This document shows positions 18,624 to 27,158 of a stretch of DNA of 59,037 nt, piece by piece (positions within the stretch are counted from its first letter, which is position 1; the number at the start of each line of letters is the position of its first letter). The notes beneath the pieces were generated by a model. The model saw only the letters and a program-made list of their open reading frames with translations, was not told the DNA's origin and searched no databases. Position numbers and translations under genes: made by a program. This DNA is from Polyangiales bacterium (lineage in GTDB: Bacteria > Myxococcota_A > Polyangia > Polyangiales > Polyangiaceae): positions 1 to 59,037 of the forward strand of contig JBBQHO010000001.1 of the NCBI GenBank assembly GCA_038324055.1, given 5' to 3'.

Positions 18624-20264
18624 GTGGTGAGTTCGAGCGCGGCGCGCGCCCGCGACAGCGCTGCGTCCCCCACGCAGCTGGCGCAGCTGGCGATGGCTCC
18701 CGGTTTTCGCAAGCTTCTGCACTACCATGGGACCCTCTTCGGCGGGCTCGAAAGCCAAGTCGACGACCCGAGCTTTTTTCTGGCCGCGACCGGTGCGACG
18801 GATCCAGAAGCGGAGCTTTCCGCGCTCGTCCGCGCCATGCGAGAGCCAGCGTCGAACAAGCCGAACGAAGATGTTCGCTGCCGTTTTCCCGCGCGTGTGG
18901 CTTGGCTCGCCGAACAAATGCCGCTACCTGCGCACGCTCCAGCCAACTGCCCCGAACAAAGCGCTTTCTTGCAGCGCGTGCAGGCCGACAGTTTGTCGCT
19001 GGTTTACGCGTCGAGCTCGCTCGACTACCCCGCGTCCGCTCTGGGTCACACTTTCTTGCTGCTGCGACCGCGTGACGCCTCCGCGGAGCAGGGTACTTCG
19101 ATTGACTACCGCGCGCGCGTCGACACGAAGAACCCCCTGCTCTACGCGTTCAAAGGTTTGACGGGCTTGTTCGTCGGTCGCTTCGAAATTTTGCCGGAAG
19201 AAAAGAAGCTGTGGAACTTGCTCGAAGAGCAAAAGAGAGACCTGTGGGAGTTCGAGCTCTCGCTGAGCCCGAGTGAGCTCCAGCTGTTTCTGCTGCACCT
19301 GTGGGAACTGTCGCGCGCGGAGATCGACTACTTCTACTTGACCGAGAACTGCAGCTACCATGCGCTCGAAGCGCTCGAAGCCGCTGCTCCTCGGCTTTCG
19401 CTCGTCGAGCAGACCAAGTTCGTCGTCCTGCCCATCGACACCGTGCATGCGGTCGTGCGCGCGCCCGGCCTGGTCAAGCGAACCAACTACTTCCCCTCCA
19501 GAACGACGCGCAAACGCGACACCGACCCAGGCGAAACCGTGCCCGCGCCGCTCCAACCGGCCTTTCCACGGCCGCTGCGCTCCCCCGCTCACAGCCACGG
19601 GCCGATGCGCGTGAATTTCGGCACCGGGCTCAGCTCAGAAAAGGGTGCATTCGGCAGCCTCGGCTTCCGCCTCACGCTCCACGACCTGCTCGATCCCCCG
19701 CAAGGCAACCCCGAACTCGTGCAGGTCCAGTTGCTCAGCATGACCGTGCGCTACTCGCCTTTGCCCAGCAGCTTCACGGTCGACGACGTGACTTTCGTCG
19801 ATCTATGGGCGCTCAACACGCTCGACTCCCCGTCGCCGTTGGCGTGGCGCATCCGCGCGCTTGGCAACCGTGTCCGAGACCGCAGCTGCCCGTCGGGCGA
19901 CTGCTTCGTCCACGGCCTCGACTTCGGCCTAGGTACCGCAGTGGCCACGCGCAGTCGCTCACTCGCACTTTTCGCCATGGCTACTAGCTCAGTCGTCTTC
20001 TCGGACGCCATCTCGGGCATCGATGGCAGCTTCGTTCGTTGGACCGCTGGGCCCCAACTCGGGCTACGGGCACGCCTGGGTTCGCGCTCCGTCGCGCTGA
20101 TCAGCGGTCGCTGGAGCTATCTGCCTTGGCAATCTGTCGAAACGACATTCGATCTGACGGGACAGGTGCGCGCCGGCTTGTCGAGCGACGTCGCGCTGGG
20201 TGTCGAAGGCCGCGTTCAACCGAGCGCCTACGAAGCCAGCCTCTCGTCGTTCGTCTACTTCTGA
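18624..20264 (+). CDS. DUF4105 (Lnb N-terminal domain-like) protein with beta-barrel-like C-terminal half
   Basis: Contains GHTFLLL and YFYLTENCSYH, remembered as DUF4105 signatures. C-terminal alternating strands end in SSFVYF. The frame is open upstream to 18516 and encodes a signal-peptide-like LRAWLLPCVALFTSVVSSSAARA with no ATG/GTG/TTG, so the true start is uncertain. Confidence 0.8.
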   Translation: MVSSSAARARDSAASPTQLAQLAMAPGFRKLLHYHGTLFGGLESQVDDPSFFLAATGATDPEAELSALVRAMREPASNKPNEDVRCRFPARVAWLAEQMPLPAHAPANCPEQSAFLQRVQADSLSLVYASSSLDYPASALGHTFLLLRPRDASAEQGTSIDYRARVDTKNPLLYAFKGLTGLFVGRFEILPEEKKLWNLLEEQKRDLWEFELSLSPSELQLFLLHLWELSRAEIDYFYLTENCSYHALEALEAAAPRLSLVEQTKFVVLPIDTVHAVVRAPGLVKRTNYFPSRTTRKRDTDPGETVPAPLQPAFPRPLRSPAHSHGPMRVNFGTGLSSEKGAFGSLGFRLTLHDLLDPPQGNPELVQVQLLSMTVRYSPLPSSFTVDDVTFVDLWALNTLDSPSPLAWRIRALGNRVRDRSCPSGDCFVHGLDFGLGTAVATRSRSLALFAMATSSVVFSDAISGIDGSFVRWTAGPQLGLRARLGSRSVALISGRWSYLPWQSVETTFDLTGQVRAGLSSDVALGVEGRVQPSAYEASLSSFVYF

Positions 20265-20506
20265 GCGACCCTTGCCGGTGGGGCTCGCGCCGAAAACTGA
20301 ACGCGGAACCAGCACTTACATTCGGGGCGCCCGTGGGCGCATCGGGGTTTCGCTCTGACAAAACGTGCGCGAACCAAAACCGACGCAACTCCAGGATTGG
20401 GCTAACATTTCAGAGGCTGAACTGTGGGTTCCTGCCGCGGAACACCGCTCACTTTCGAACGAATTGTTTGCGTCACCCCTAGGGCCTGATCCAGCATGGC
20501 TGGACC

Positions 20507-20800
20507 ATGTGGAAAGACACCGCAACAGGAAATGAGAGCGAGCAGCCCACCGCTGCTGGCTGGGTCTTCTGGGTGTCCGGCTGGAGCTTGCTCGTCGGCG
20601 TACTCGCAGCGGTTGTGCCGGCCTATTTCGTCTTCGGATCGCACGCGGCCATCTGGACCGGAGGCGGCGTCTCGTTCCTCGTGGCCCTGGTCACCTGGCT
20701 AGGTGCCGAAGCCGAGCGCGCCGTGTTCGAAGATCGACGTCGCTCGCTCGTGGCTGCGCGAGCGTACCCCGCCGCCAAGCGCGTAACGACGATCCACTGA
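20507..20800 (+). CDS. small two-TM membrane protein, hypothetical
   Basis: Two hydrophobic helices (WVFWVSGWSLLVGVLAAVVPAYFVF and GGGVSFLVALVTWLGA). Acceptable GC3. Confidence 0.4.
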   Translation: MWKDTATGNESEQPTAAGWVFWVSGWSLLVGVLAAVVPAYFVFGSHAAIWTGGGVSFLVALVTWLGAEAERAVFEDRRRSLVAARAYPAAKRVTTIH

Positions 20801-20891
20801 CTCCCCCATCGGCTGGACACGACTTAGCGTCGGGACGAACCGCTGCCGGGGCAGGCGTCTACGCAACGCCCCACCCAGCACCCACTGGCCT

Positions 20892-22325
20892 TCAGTAGGC
20901 GTTGCTGCGCGTCTTACGGCCGAAAACCGTGAGCACGATGATGCGCAGATCTAGGCTCAAGTCCCAGTTGTGGATGTAGTAGAGGTCGTGCTCGAGCCTC
21001 TTCTCCATCTTGTGCAGGGTTTCCGTCTCACCGCGCCAGCCGTTGACCTGGGCCCAGCCCGTGATGCCCGGCTTCACCTTGTGTCGCAACATGTAGCGGT
21101 GGATCTTGGACCGATAGAGTTCGTTGTGCGCCACGGCGTGGGGACGCGGGCCAACGATCGACATGTGACCGGCCAACACGTTGAAGAACTGCGGCAGCTC
21201 GTCGAGTGAAGTCCGACGGAGAAAGGCGCCCAACGGCGTCACGCGCATGTCACCGGCTTTCACCTGCGTCACGTCGTCGCCATCCTCCATGACGGTCATC
21301 GAGCGGAACTTGATGACGGGAATCTCGTTGCCGTGCAGCCCATAGCGGCGTTGCACGAAGAAGATCGGGCCCGGCGATGTGAACTTCACCAGCAAGGCTA
21401 TGATCGCCATCGGAACGCTGATCAACATCAGGATGAGCGTGCCCAGCACGATGTCTTCGAGTCGTTTCACCCAACCGCCCAACCCCTGAAAAGGGCTGTC
21501 CAAGATGGCCACGACCGGCACGTCGCCCACCGTGGACCACTGGGCGTGGAGCATGTCAAAAACGAAAAAGTCGCCGACTACCAGTACAGACGCGGTCGTA
21601 TCCGAAAGGCGCTGGACGAGCTCTCCGATGCGCGACTCGGCGCGAAGGGGCAACGCGATGTAAACGTAGTCGATCTTCTCTTGCTTGACGTGCTGAACCA
21701 GCTCGTCGGAACCGCCACGGAACTCGGCGGTCGAGTTGGTCATGACATGACGACGTGACGGAATGCGGTCGTCGTAGAAGCCAAGCAACTGGAGGCCCGC
21801 TGTCGGATCGGTCATTTGGTCGGCGAGCTTTTCGGCAGCGCGCGTCATGCCGACGATGACGACGCTCCGCGAATTGCGCCCGCGACGCCGCAATTCTTGC
21901 AAAGCGAAGCGCACGATCAGCCGCCACACGAGGATCATGTTGGGGGCAGCGAAGAACCAACCCAGCACCACCACGCGCGAAAACTGCGCCGAGACCTTGG
22001 TCGAGAACGCCAGGAAGAGCAGGATCGGAATGCAGCACAGCCAGGTGACCACTGCTTGAGCCACCTCACGGATGACGGGCAGCCCGCGCCAGGTGCGGTA
22101 CAAGCCGTTGAACTCCGAAACGAAGTAATAGGCTATCACCGCCGCGCAAGCGGCCACGGTGTCGAGGTCACGCCAAGCCTGCTCGTAGAGGTTGACCGAG
22201 AGGACCAGCGATCCGACGATCAGACCCGCGTCGCTGGCGCGCTGAATCATCGCGACCGACGACGCGTAGTTCCGGAGCAATCCGTCTTTGATTCTGCCCT
22301 GTTCCGCCATCTTCGATTCCGCCAT
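20892..22325 (-). CDS. undecaprenyl-phosphate hexose-1-phosphate transferase (WcaJ/EpsZ-like polyprenyl glycosylphosphotransferase)
   Basis: N-terminal TM helices, then the Bac_transf C-terminal domain: KRLEDIVLGTL, PGPIFFVQRRYGLHG, KFRSM, DELPQFFNVL.G.MS.VGPRP, KPGITGWAQVNG. Confidence 0.9.
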   Translation of the reverse strand: MAESKMAEQGRIKDGLLRNYASSVAMIQRASDAGLIVGSLVLSVNLYEQAWRDLDTVAACAAVIAYYFVSEFNGLYRTWRGLPVIREVAQAVVTWLCCIPILLFLAFSTKVSAQFSRVVVLGWFFAAPNMILVWRLIVRFALQELRRRGRNSRSVVIVGMTRAAEKLADQMTDPTAGLQLLGFYDDRIPSRRHVMTNSTAEFRGGSDELVQHVKQEKIDYVYIALPLRAESRIGELVQRLSDTTASVLVVGDFFVFDMLHAQWSTVGDVPVVAILDSPFQGLGGWVKRLEDIVLGTLILMLISVPMAIIALLVKFTSPGPIFFVQRRYGLHGNEIPVIKFRSMTVMEDGDDVTQVKAGDMRVTPLGAFLRRTSLDELPQFFNVLAGHMSIVGPRPHAVAHNELYRSKIHRYMLRHKVKPGITGWAQVNGWRGETETLHKMEKRLEHDLYYIHNWDLSLDLRIIVLTVFGRKTRSNAY

Positions 22326-22606
22326 CGAAGTTCGACGCGCCGTCGCCTAGGGACTCGCCGAGACTCAGCTTCCAGTTCCGAAGCTACCTAGAGGATGGAC
22401 CGCGAAAGTATCCGATCGGTTGCGCGGTAGTAAATAGTTGCTCACCCCAGTCGCACGGCAGAAAGGGGACGGCATGCGCTGGCGGTGTCCCGATTCCCCG
22501 CAGCTTGTCTCCCCCGGGAGCAGAAGCGGCGTTTCCCCGCTGGAGCGGGCAAACGGATCGACCGTGGAGGCCGGCCGTGAGAGGACCAACCGCGCCGCCG
22601 GCGCCT

Positions 22607-23512
22607 TCAGACGTAGATGACGCCTTCGCCCATCATGATGCATTGACCACCGACTCGAAGGCCGCGCAGCTGGCCGTCCTCGAGTTCGACAGCTGCATGC
22701 AGCGTGCTGGGCCGCCCCATCTCCTCGCCCTGGCGGAGCATGATGCTGCTGCCCGTAGGTAGATCCGCCTGCTTGTGGCGCACGATATGGCCGATGAGCG
22801 GACCGCAAGCGCCCTCGCTTGCTGCCTCCTCGTGCACGCCAAATGCCGGAGTGAACACGCGCAGATGCGCGAAACAGCCCGGCGCCGTCCCGCGCAATGC
22901 GAAGGCCAAGATGTTCGGCGCCTCGAAGTGCCGCAAGGTGCGGTCCCAGATCGCCTCGCGCACCTTGGCTTGAGAAAGCGCTGCTACGTTTTTGATCTGC
23001 ACGACCAAGAATGGAACACCCGACGAAGCAACCTCGAGCGGCGAGGTGCCGATTTGATCCGACCGCAGAGAGAGCAGAGCCGCGATCGTCTCGCGTTCGG
23101 GATAGACAGCTCCGAAGGTCGGCACCGCTTGGCGCACCGTCAACACGGGCGCGAACACCGCGACCGAAATCGGCCCGCCCGATTGATCGAGGACCACGCG
23201 GTCACGCGTCTGTTCTTGTGCCTGTTCGGGGCCCTCTTTACGATCGAGATCCATGGCGAACACCGTCGCGATCATGGGCAACCCCGCCTTGGGCAGCTCG
23301 ACGAGCGGCGTGAAGATGCGCACGCGGGGACGGCCCCCTCCTTCGGGCGGAAACACGAACGCACACTGCGGCAGGTTCAGCTCGCGACCAATCGAGGCCA
23401 TCGATTCGTCGTCCAAGCCGCGAGCGTCCGAAAAGACCGCTACCGAAGTGCCACTGAACGGGCTCTCGGCAAATACATTGACCAACCGATAGGGGTACCG
23501 TGACGCACGCAT
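22607..23512 (-). CDS. PhzF-family isomerase/epimerase-like protein
   Basis: N-terminus Y.LVNVFAESPFSGTSVAVF......D.SM..IGRELNLPQCAFV is characteristic of PhzF family proteins. About 300 aa with a two-domain layout. Confidence 0.85.
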   Translation of the reverse strand: MRASRYPYRLVNVFAESPFSGTSVAVFSDARGLDDESMASIGRELNLPQCAFVFPPEGGGRPRVRIFTPLVELPKAGLPMIATVFAMDLDRKEGPEQAQEQTRDRVVLDQSGGPISVAVFAPVLTVRQAVPTFGAVYPERETIAALLSLRSDQIGTSPLEVASSGVPFLVVQIKNVAALSQAKVREAIWDRTLRHFEAPNILAFALRGTAPGCFAHLRVFTPAFGVHEEAASEGACGPLIGHIVRHKQADLPTGSSIMLRQGEEMGRPSTLHAAVELEDGQLRGLRVGGQCIMMGEGVIYV

Positions 23513-23801
23513 GAATTTCTAGCTCTGCCTCGCCGAAAACCAAGGGGCGGACTCGACGCGTTCCTTCAGCAAATCGTTGGCCCATGGGTTTAGCACAAAC
23601 GAATCAATCATTTCTTTCTCGCATGCGTCGTTGTTTCAGAACGAGACGTGCTTGCGTCTCGAGCTCGCGCAGGCCTTCGCGACGGTTCGCTAGGTTCTTG
23701 GACAACGAGCCGTCGCACGGACGACCGACTGGGGAAACCGAACTTTCACATTCCCCAACACTCGTGTGACACAGTTGGAACTCCATCTGGCGGCACTGAT
23801 T

Positions 23802-23816
23802 TTCTACTTGGTAGAA
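23802..23816. promoter_or_regulatory. perfect 6-bp inverted repeat TTCTAC-TTG-GTAGAA, candidate operator
   Basis: Seen directly in the sequence, 28 nt upstream of ATG 23844 of an HTH-like protein, in a lower-GC divergent intergenic region. Confidence 0.2.
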
Positions 23817-23843
23817 GGATTTAGGCGGTGGTAGCTTGCTCGG

Positions 23844-24590
23844 ATGGGGGCAGAACTCATCGTCCAAGACTCGCCAAACGTCGTCTCGCCACGCATCTCC
23901 GACGTGTCCGAGATCCTATCCGCTCCTTTGCGCGGTCGTGAACGAATTGACTATCTGGCCAGCCAGATTCGTCAGCTGGGTTCGGGGAATTCACCCAAGG
24001 ACGTGCTCCGTCTCGGAGAGATGGTCTATCGCGAGCTCTATGGCGGTGGTCGCGCGTTGCAGCAGAAGGATCGACATGCGTCGCTCCGACGCATCGCCGC
24101 GCATCCTGACGTGCCGTTCAAGGTGACGACGATCTGGCGCGCTGTCTCGGTCTACGAAATGTCGCTCCGCCTCCCTCACTTGCTCCAGGCTCCTGGCCTG
24201 GGCGTGTCGCATCTCCGCGCAGTGATCGGACTCGAGCCCGCGCACCAAGAGCTGCTTCTCACGCTGGCCACGCGCGAGCGTTGGACGAAGCGACGCCTCG
24301 AGCAAGAGGCAGCTCGTCACCGATCCGCCGATCGGCGCAAAGGTCGACGTCCGCTTCCGCAGATCATTGCTTGGGCACGCGAACTCGATCGTTTGCTCGA
24401 TCGTTCGCAGGAGCTCAATCCTGCCGAACTGAGTGGCCAAGAGGCCGCTCTCAACGAAGCGGAACAAGCGCTATTGCGTTTCTCGGCTCGCGCCGCGCAA
24501 TTGAGGAAACAGATCGAAGCCGAGCGCTCCGCTCGCGCGACTCTCGAGGATCCTGGATTTCTCGACGTCACTCAGACCAGCATCCGCTGA
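23844..24590 (+). CDS. hypothetical protein with ParB/KorB-like HTH segment
   Basis: GVSHLRAVIGLEPAHQELLLTLATRERWTKRRLEQEA resembles the ParB HTH pattern (s.sH.Ra.l.L....q..l......ws.R.lE). More T-ending codons than neighbouring genes. Confidence 0.6.
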   Translation: MGAELIVQDSPNVVSPRISDVSEILSAPLRGRERIDYLASQIRQLGSGNSPKDVLRLGEMVYRELYGGGRALQQKDRHASLRRIAAHPDVPFKVTTIWRAVSVYEMSLRLPHLLQAPGLGVSHLRAVIGLEPAHQELLLTLATRERWTKRRLEQEAARHRSADRRKGRRPLPQIIAWARELDRLLDRSQELNPAELSGQEAALNEAEQALLRFSARAAQLRKQIEAERSARATLEDPGFLDVTQTSIR

Positions 24591-24597
24591 GCGGATG
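24581..24597. terminator. 7-bp stem hairpin CATCCGC-TGA-GCGGATG spanning the stop codon between convergent genes
   Basis: Perfect inverted repeat seen in the sequence. No U-tract, so possibly a bidirectional terminator or just a structural element. Confidence 0.3.
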
Positions 24598-24618
24598 GCC
24601 GTTGAGTGCCCCACGGCA

Positions 24619-24918
24619 CTAGGCCCGAAAAGAGAGTTCGAGGCGGAACACCTGGAGGCTGCTGGCGACCGTGAGTTCGTCAAGGAGCAGTTGACGGGAA
24701 GCGTAGCCGGCTCGATGAGCGTCGGCGTCGCGGATCGTTTCTGCATCGACCGGCTTGACCAAAGTCACCGTCACCCTGCCACGAATGGTTTCGAAGGTGT
24801 CTCCTTCACGGATGCTGCCCGGTGCCAGACGGCGAAAGGCCACGTTGACCGCTCCTTGGGCGATCCCCGCCAAAATTTCGTCACGAAACAACACGACTTT
24901 CGCAAATGAAAGCTCCAA
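24619..24918 (-). CDS. ASCH-domain-like small protein
   Basis: Only the C-terminal ~99 aa of ORF 24619..25122 looks real. ILAGIAQGAVNVAFRR...GDTF...VTVTLVKPVDAETIRDADAHRAGYAS fits the ASCH pattern. TTG 24918 is the proposed start. The upstream part overlaps the bPH gene. Confidence 0.55.
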   Translation of the reverse strand: MELSFAKVVLFRDEILAGIAQGAVNVAFRRLAPGSIREGDTFETIRGRVTVTLVKPVDAETIRDADAHRAGYASRQLLLDELTVASSLQVFRLELSFRA

Positions 24919-24942
24919 GGCGGCCCAGGCGCAAGTACAGTC

Positions 24943-25386
24943 GTGCGCATGGTGACGCCTGCTCCGCCCGCGACCGAAGTCCCCGAAGAAGTCTTGTTCG
25001 AAGGCCGCCCGGCAATGGTTCCCAGTGTTGGTGCCCTCTTGCTCAGCATCGTCACGCTGGGGCTCTGGCTGATCCCGGCCTGGTGGCGCTCTCGCGGCAC
25101 GTTCTACCGGCTGACCAATCATCGCATCGTCGTCGAGACGGGAGTGCTGTCGAAGAAGCTGGAGCAGATCGACCTCTACCGAGTCAACGACTACTCGGTC
25201 GAACGCCCGTTCTCACAGCGCTTGCTGGGCACTGGAAATCTCGTGCTGAATACGTTCGATAAGTCGACTCCTCAGCTGACCGTCGCCGGCATCAAGACCG
25301 ATGTGGTCGCCCTCTACGAAGCCCTGCGCGCTGCGACCGAGATAGACCGCCGCCGGCGCGGCGTGCGCATGGTCGACTACGAATGA
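24943..25386 (+). CDS. bacterial PH domain (bPH_2, YdbS/YdbT-like) membrane protein
   Basis: EEVLFEGRP, a TM hairpin (SVGALLLSIVTLGLWLIPAWW), then YRLTNHRIVVETGVLSKKLEQIDLYRVNDY...GTGNLVL, typical of bPH_2. Confidence 0.8.
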   Translation: MRMVTPAPPATEVPEEVLFEGRPAMVPSVGALLLSIVTLGLWLIPAWWRSRGTFYRLTNHRIVVETGVLSKKLEQIDLYRVNDYSVERPFSQRLLGTGNLVLNTFDKSTPQLTVAGIKTDVVALYEALRAATEIDRRRRGVRMVDYE

Positions 25387-25451
25387 GCTGAATTTCGCGC
25401 GGCCGCGTCGTTGGAGGTGTCGCGCCTGGGTCGACGTGCGATGCTGGTCGC

Positions 25452-26258
25452 ATGCGGAGCGGGATGCAGCTGGGCCTCCTTCTGGGGGTGTTCGTCATTG
25501 GAGGAGCCGGGGGGGCGGGGCTTTTGCACGTCGTTTCGACGAAGCCCCCAGCCGAGCGCGGCGCAGTCGCCCATTGGAAGGCTCCGCGAGCACCCACCCT
25601 CGAAGAGCCTCCGACGGACGAGCAACGGCTCGAAGAGTTGCGGCAAGCCTTGGCTCGCCTGGGAGTGCGGACCGACAGCGATCCAATGAGCTCGGCTCCC
25701 CTCGACGCCGACGCTTCGCAAGCCGACGAAGCCGAAGCCGCGGTAGGCAACGACGCCGAAGCGCTGTCGGGCGAATCGGCAGCCGAGGTGTTGGCCCGCC
25801 TGGAACGTGAATACAAAGCCGTTTTGGCCTCGCGTGCTGAAGAAGTTCGAGCAGCGCAAGCGGTTCCGCCCGAGCCCGAAGCCAGCGCCGTCGCTCGAGA
25901 AGAACCCCCGGTCCCACCGCGCGCGAGCGCAGCTCTACCCAGTGCGCTGGATCAAGCGACGACCGCCCGCCTCGCGCAAAATTCGAGTGTGCAGATTGTC
26001 CAAGGCGACGTGGTGGCTGGCGACGTGCACACGACGACCGTGAACGAGACGTACACCAACCAGATCGCGATCCATCAGTATCAGCAGTTGCTCCTGGTCT
26101 CGCAGGGCGGGGTCAGCGGTCAGCGCTACGCGCCCAGCTCGCCCCCGCCGCCACGTCAACAGGGCCCTTCGCCCCAAGACAGCAATCCCTGGGCGGGCGT
26201 CGACTACGGCTCGCACTACGCCAATCCGTGGGGTTCTCCCTTCGGTCGGCGTCCTTGA
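25452..26258 (+). CDS. membrane-anchored low-complexity (Ala/Pro/Glu-rich) hypothetical protein
   Basis: N-terminal TM segment LGLLLGVFVIGGAGGAGLL, then an acidic Ala/Pro-rich region and a Pro/Gln-rich tail. Confidence 0.6.
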   Translation: MRSGMQLGLLLGVFVIGGAGGAGLLHVVSTKPPAERGAVAHWKAPRAPTLEEPPTDEQRLEELRQALARLGVRTDSDPMSSAPLDADASQADEAEAAVGNDAEALSGESAAEVLARLEREYKAVLASRAEEVRAAQAVPPEPEASAVAREEPPVPPRASAALPSALDQATTARLAQNSSVQIVQGDVVAGDVHTTTVNETYTNQIAIHQYQQLLLVSQGGVSGQRYAPSSPPPPRQQGPSPQDSNPWAGVDYGSHYANPWGSPFGRRP

Positions 26259-26315
26259 ACGACGCTCCCCCCAGCAATCCACCGCCAGCGATCGAAGCCG
26301 CGCACCTGCGCGAAC

Positions 26316-27158
26316 TCAGTCCGTCGCCCAGAGCCAGCGCATGCTGACTTCGAGCACGTCCCCGCCGATGCGGCCCAGAAAATCTGGACTGCTCACCACA
26401 GGCAAGATGCTGGTGCGCACCTGGAACTCGTCGGACAAGAGCCAGCGCACGTGCAACCCTGCCCGCACGATGCCGACCTGGCGCTCTGCGAGCCAGACGA
26501 TTTCAACGGTGGGCGACACGCCGATGTTGGTCCCACGAAGGAAGAACTCGACGCCGAGCCGTTGGCGGAGAGTGAGTCCGGAACCGATCACCACCGCCAT
26601 CGTGTCGAGATAGAGGTTGTTGTCCTCCGGAAATCCGAAGGCGACGATCGGCTGCGTCTCCGAACGCAACTTGAGCGGCCCCAGCGGCAGGTAGAGTTCG
26701 AGTTGGCTGTCCCACAGCCAGTATTGGGCGCGCGGACCTTCGAGGATGTCGATGTCGCGGCGCGTGTAGCTGTCCTTGGCCGTCAAGTACGAACGATTGA
26801 ACGAGAACTGGTAGAGCGCGCCCGAGCGGAGCTCGAACAAGCCGCGCTCGATCCGGCCGCCCATGTAGCCGCCCAGGGCGCTGGTCGAAAGGATGGGTAC
26901 AGCGTCCAGACCGACCCATTCGTAGTGCGGCTTGCCCCAGCCCGCCGAGATGCGTGGGCGCAGAAAGAAAAAACCTGCGTCGAGGCGAGAAGCGACGAAC
27001 CAGCGATCGGTCGAGTTTCGCCAACGGCTGCCCGGCGGGGAGCCGAGCGGGTTGTCCGCAGAGTCACCGGGGCCCGTCGACAGGCCTTGAGCGTGCGCGG
27101 GCATCGACACGAGCAAGACGAATACAAGGACCGAAATCCACGAGAGCAGCGCCCGCAT
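26316..27158 (-). CDS. secreted beta-barrel-like outer membrane protein (280 aa)
   Basis: Start MRALLSWISVLVFVLLVSMPAHAQG is a signal peptide. Alternating amphipathic strands follow. Its ATG shares 1 nt with the PAP2 stop (TGATG). The upstream part of the 399 aa ORF is an overlap artefact. Confidence 0.7.
   Translation of the reverse strand: MRALLSWISVLVFVLLVSMPAHAQGLSTGPGDSADNPLGSPPGSRWRNSTDRWFVASRLDAGFFFLRPRISAGWGKPHYEWVGLDAVPILSTSALGGYMGGRIERGLFELRSGALYQFSFNRSYLTAKDSYTRRDIDILEGPRAQYWLWDSQLELYLPLGPLKLRSETQPIVAFGFPEDNNLYLDTMAVVIGSGLTLRQRLGVEFFLRGTNIGVSPTVEIVWLAERQVGIVRAGLHVRWLLSDEFQVRTSILPVVSSPDFLGRIGGDVLEVSMRWLWATD

Noticed and set aside
20265-20506. Possible small RNA or terminator after the DUF4105 gene (GCGCCC-GT-GGGCGC near 20324-20337)
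   Set aside because: A short GC hairpin without a U-tract. I recognised no tRNA cloverleaf or known sRNA feature.
22326-22606. 280-nt untranslated region upstream of the sugar transferase, with several short hairpins (possible riboswitch or leader)
   Set aside because: Only 5-6 bp stems such as AGCTTC-N7-GAAGCT and CCCGC-N4-GCGGG are present. I recognised no known riboswitch consensus and cannot support an RNA element without covariance data.
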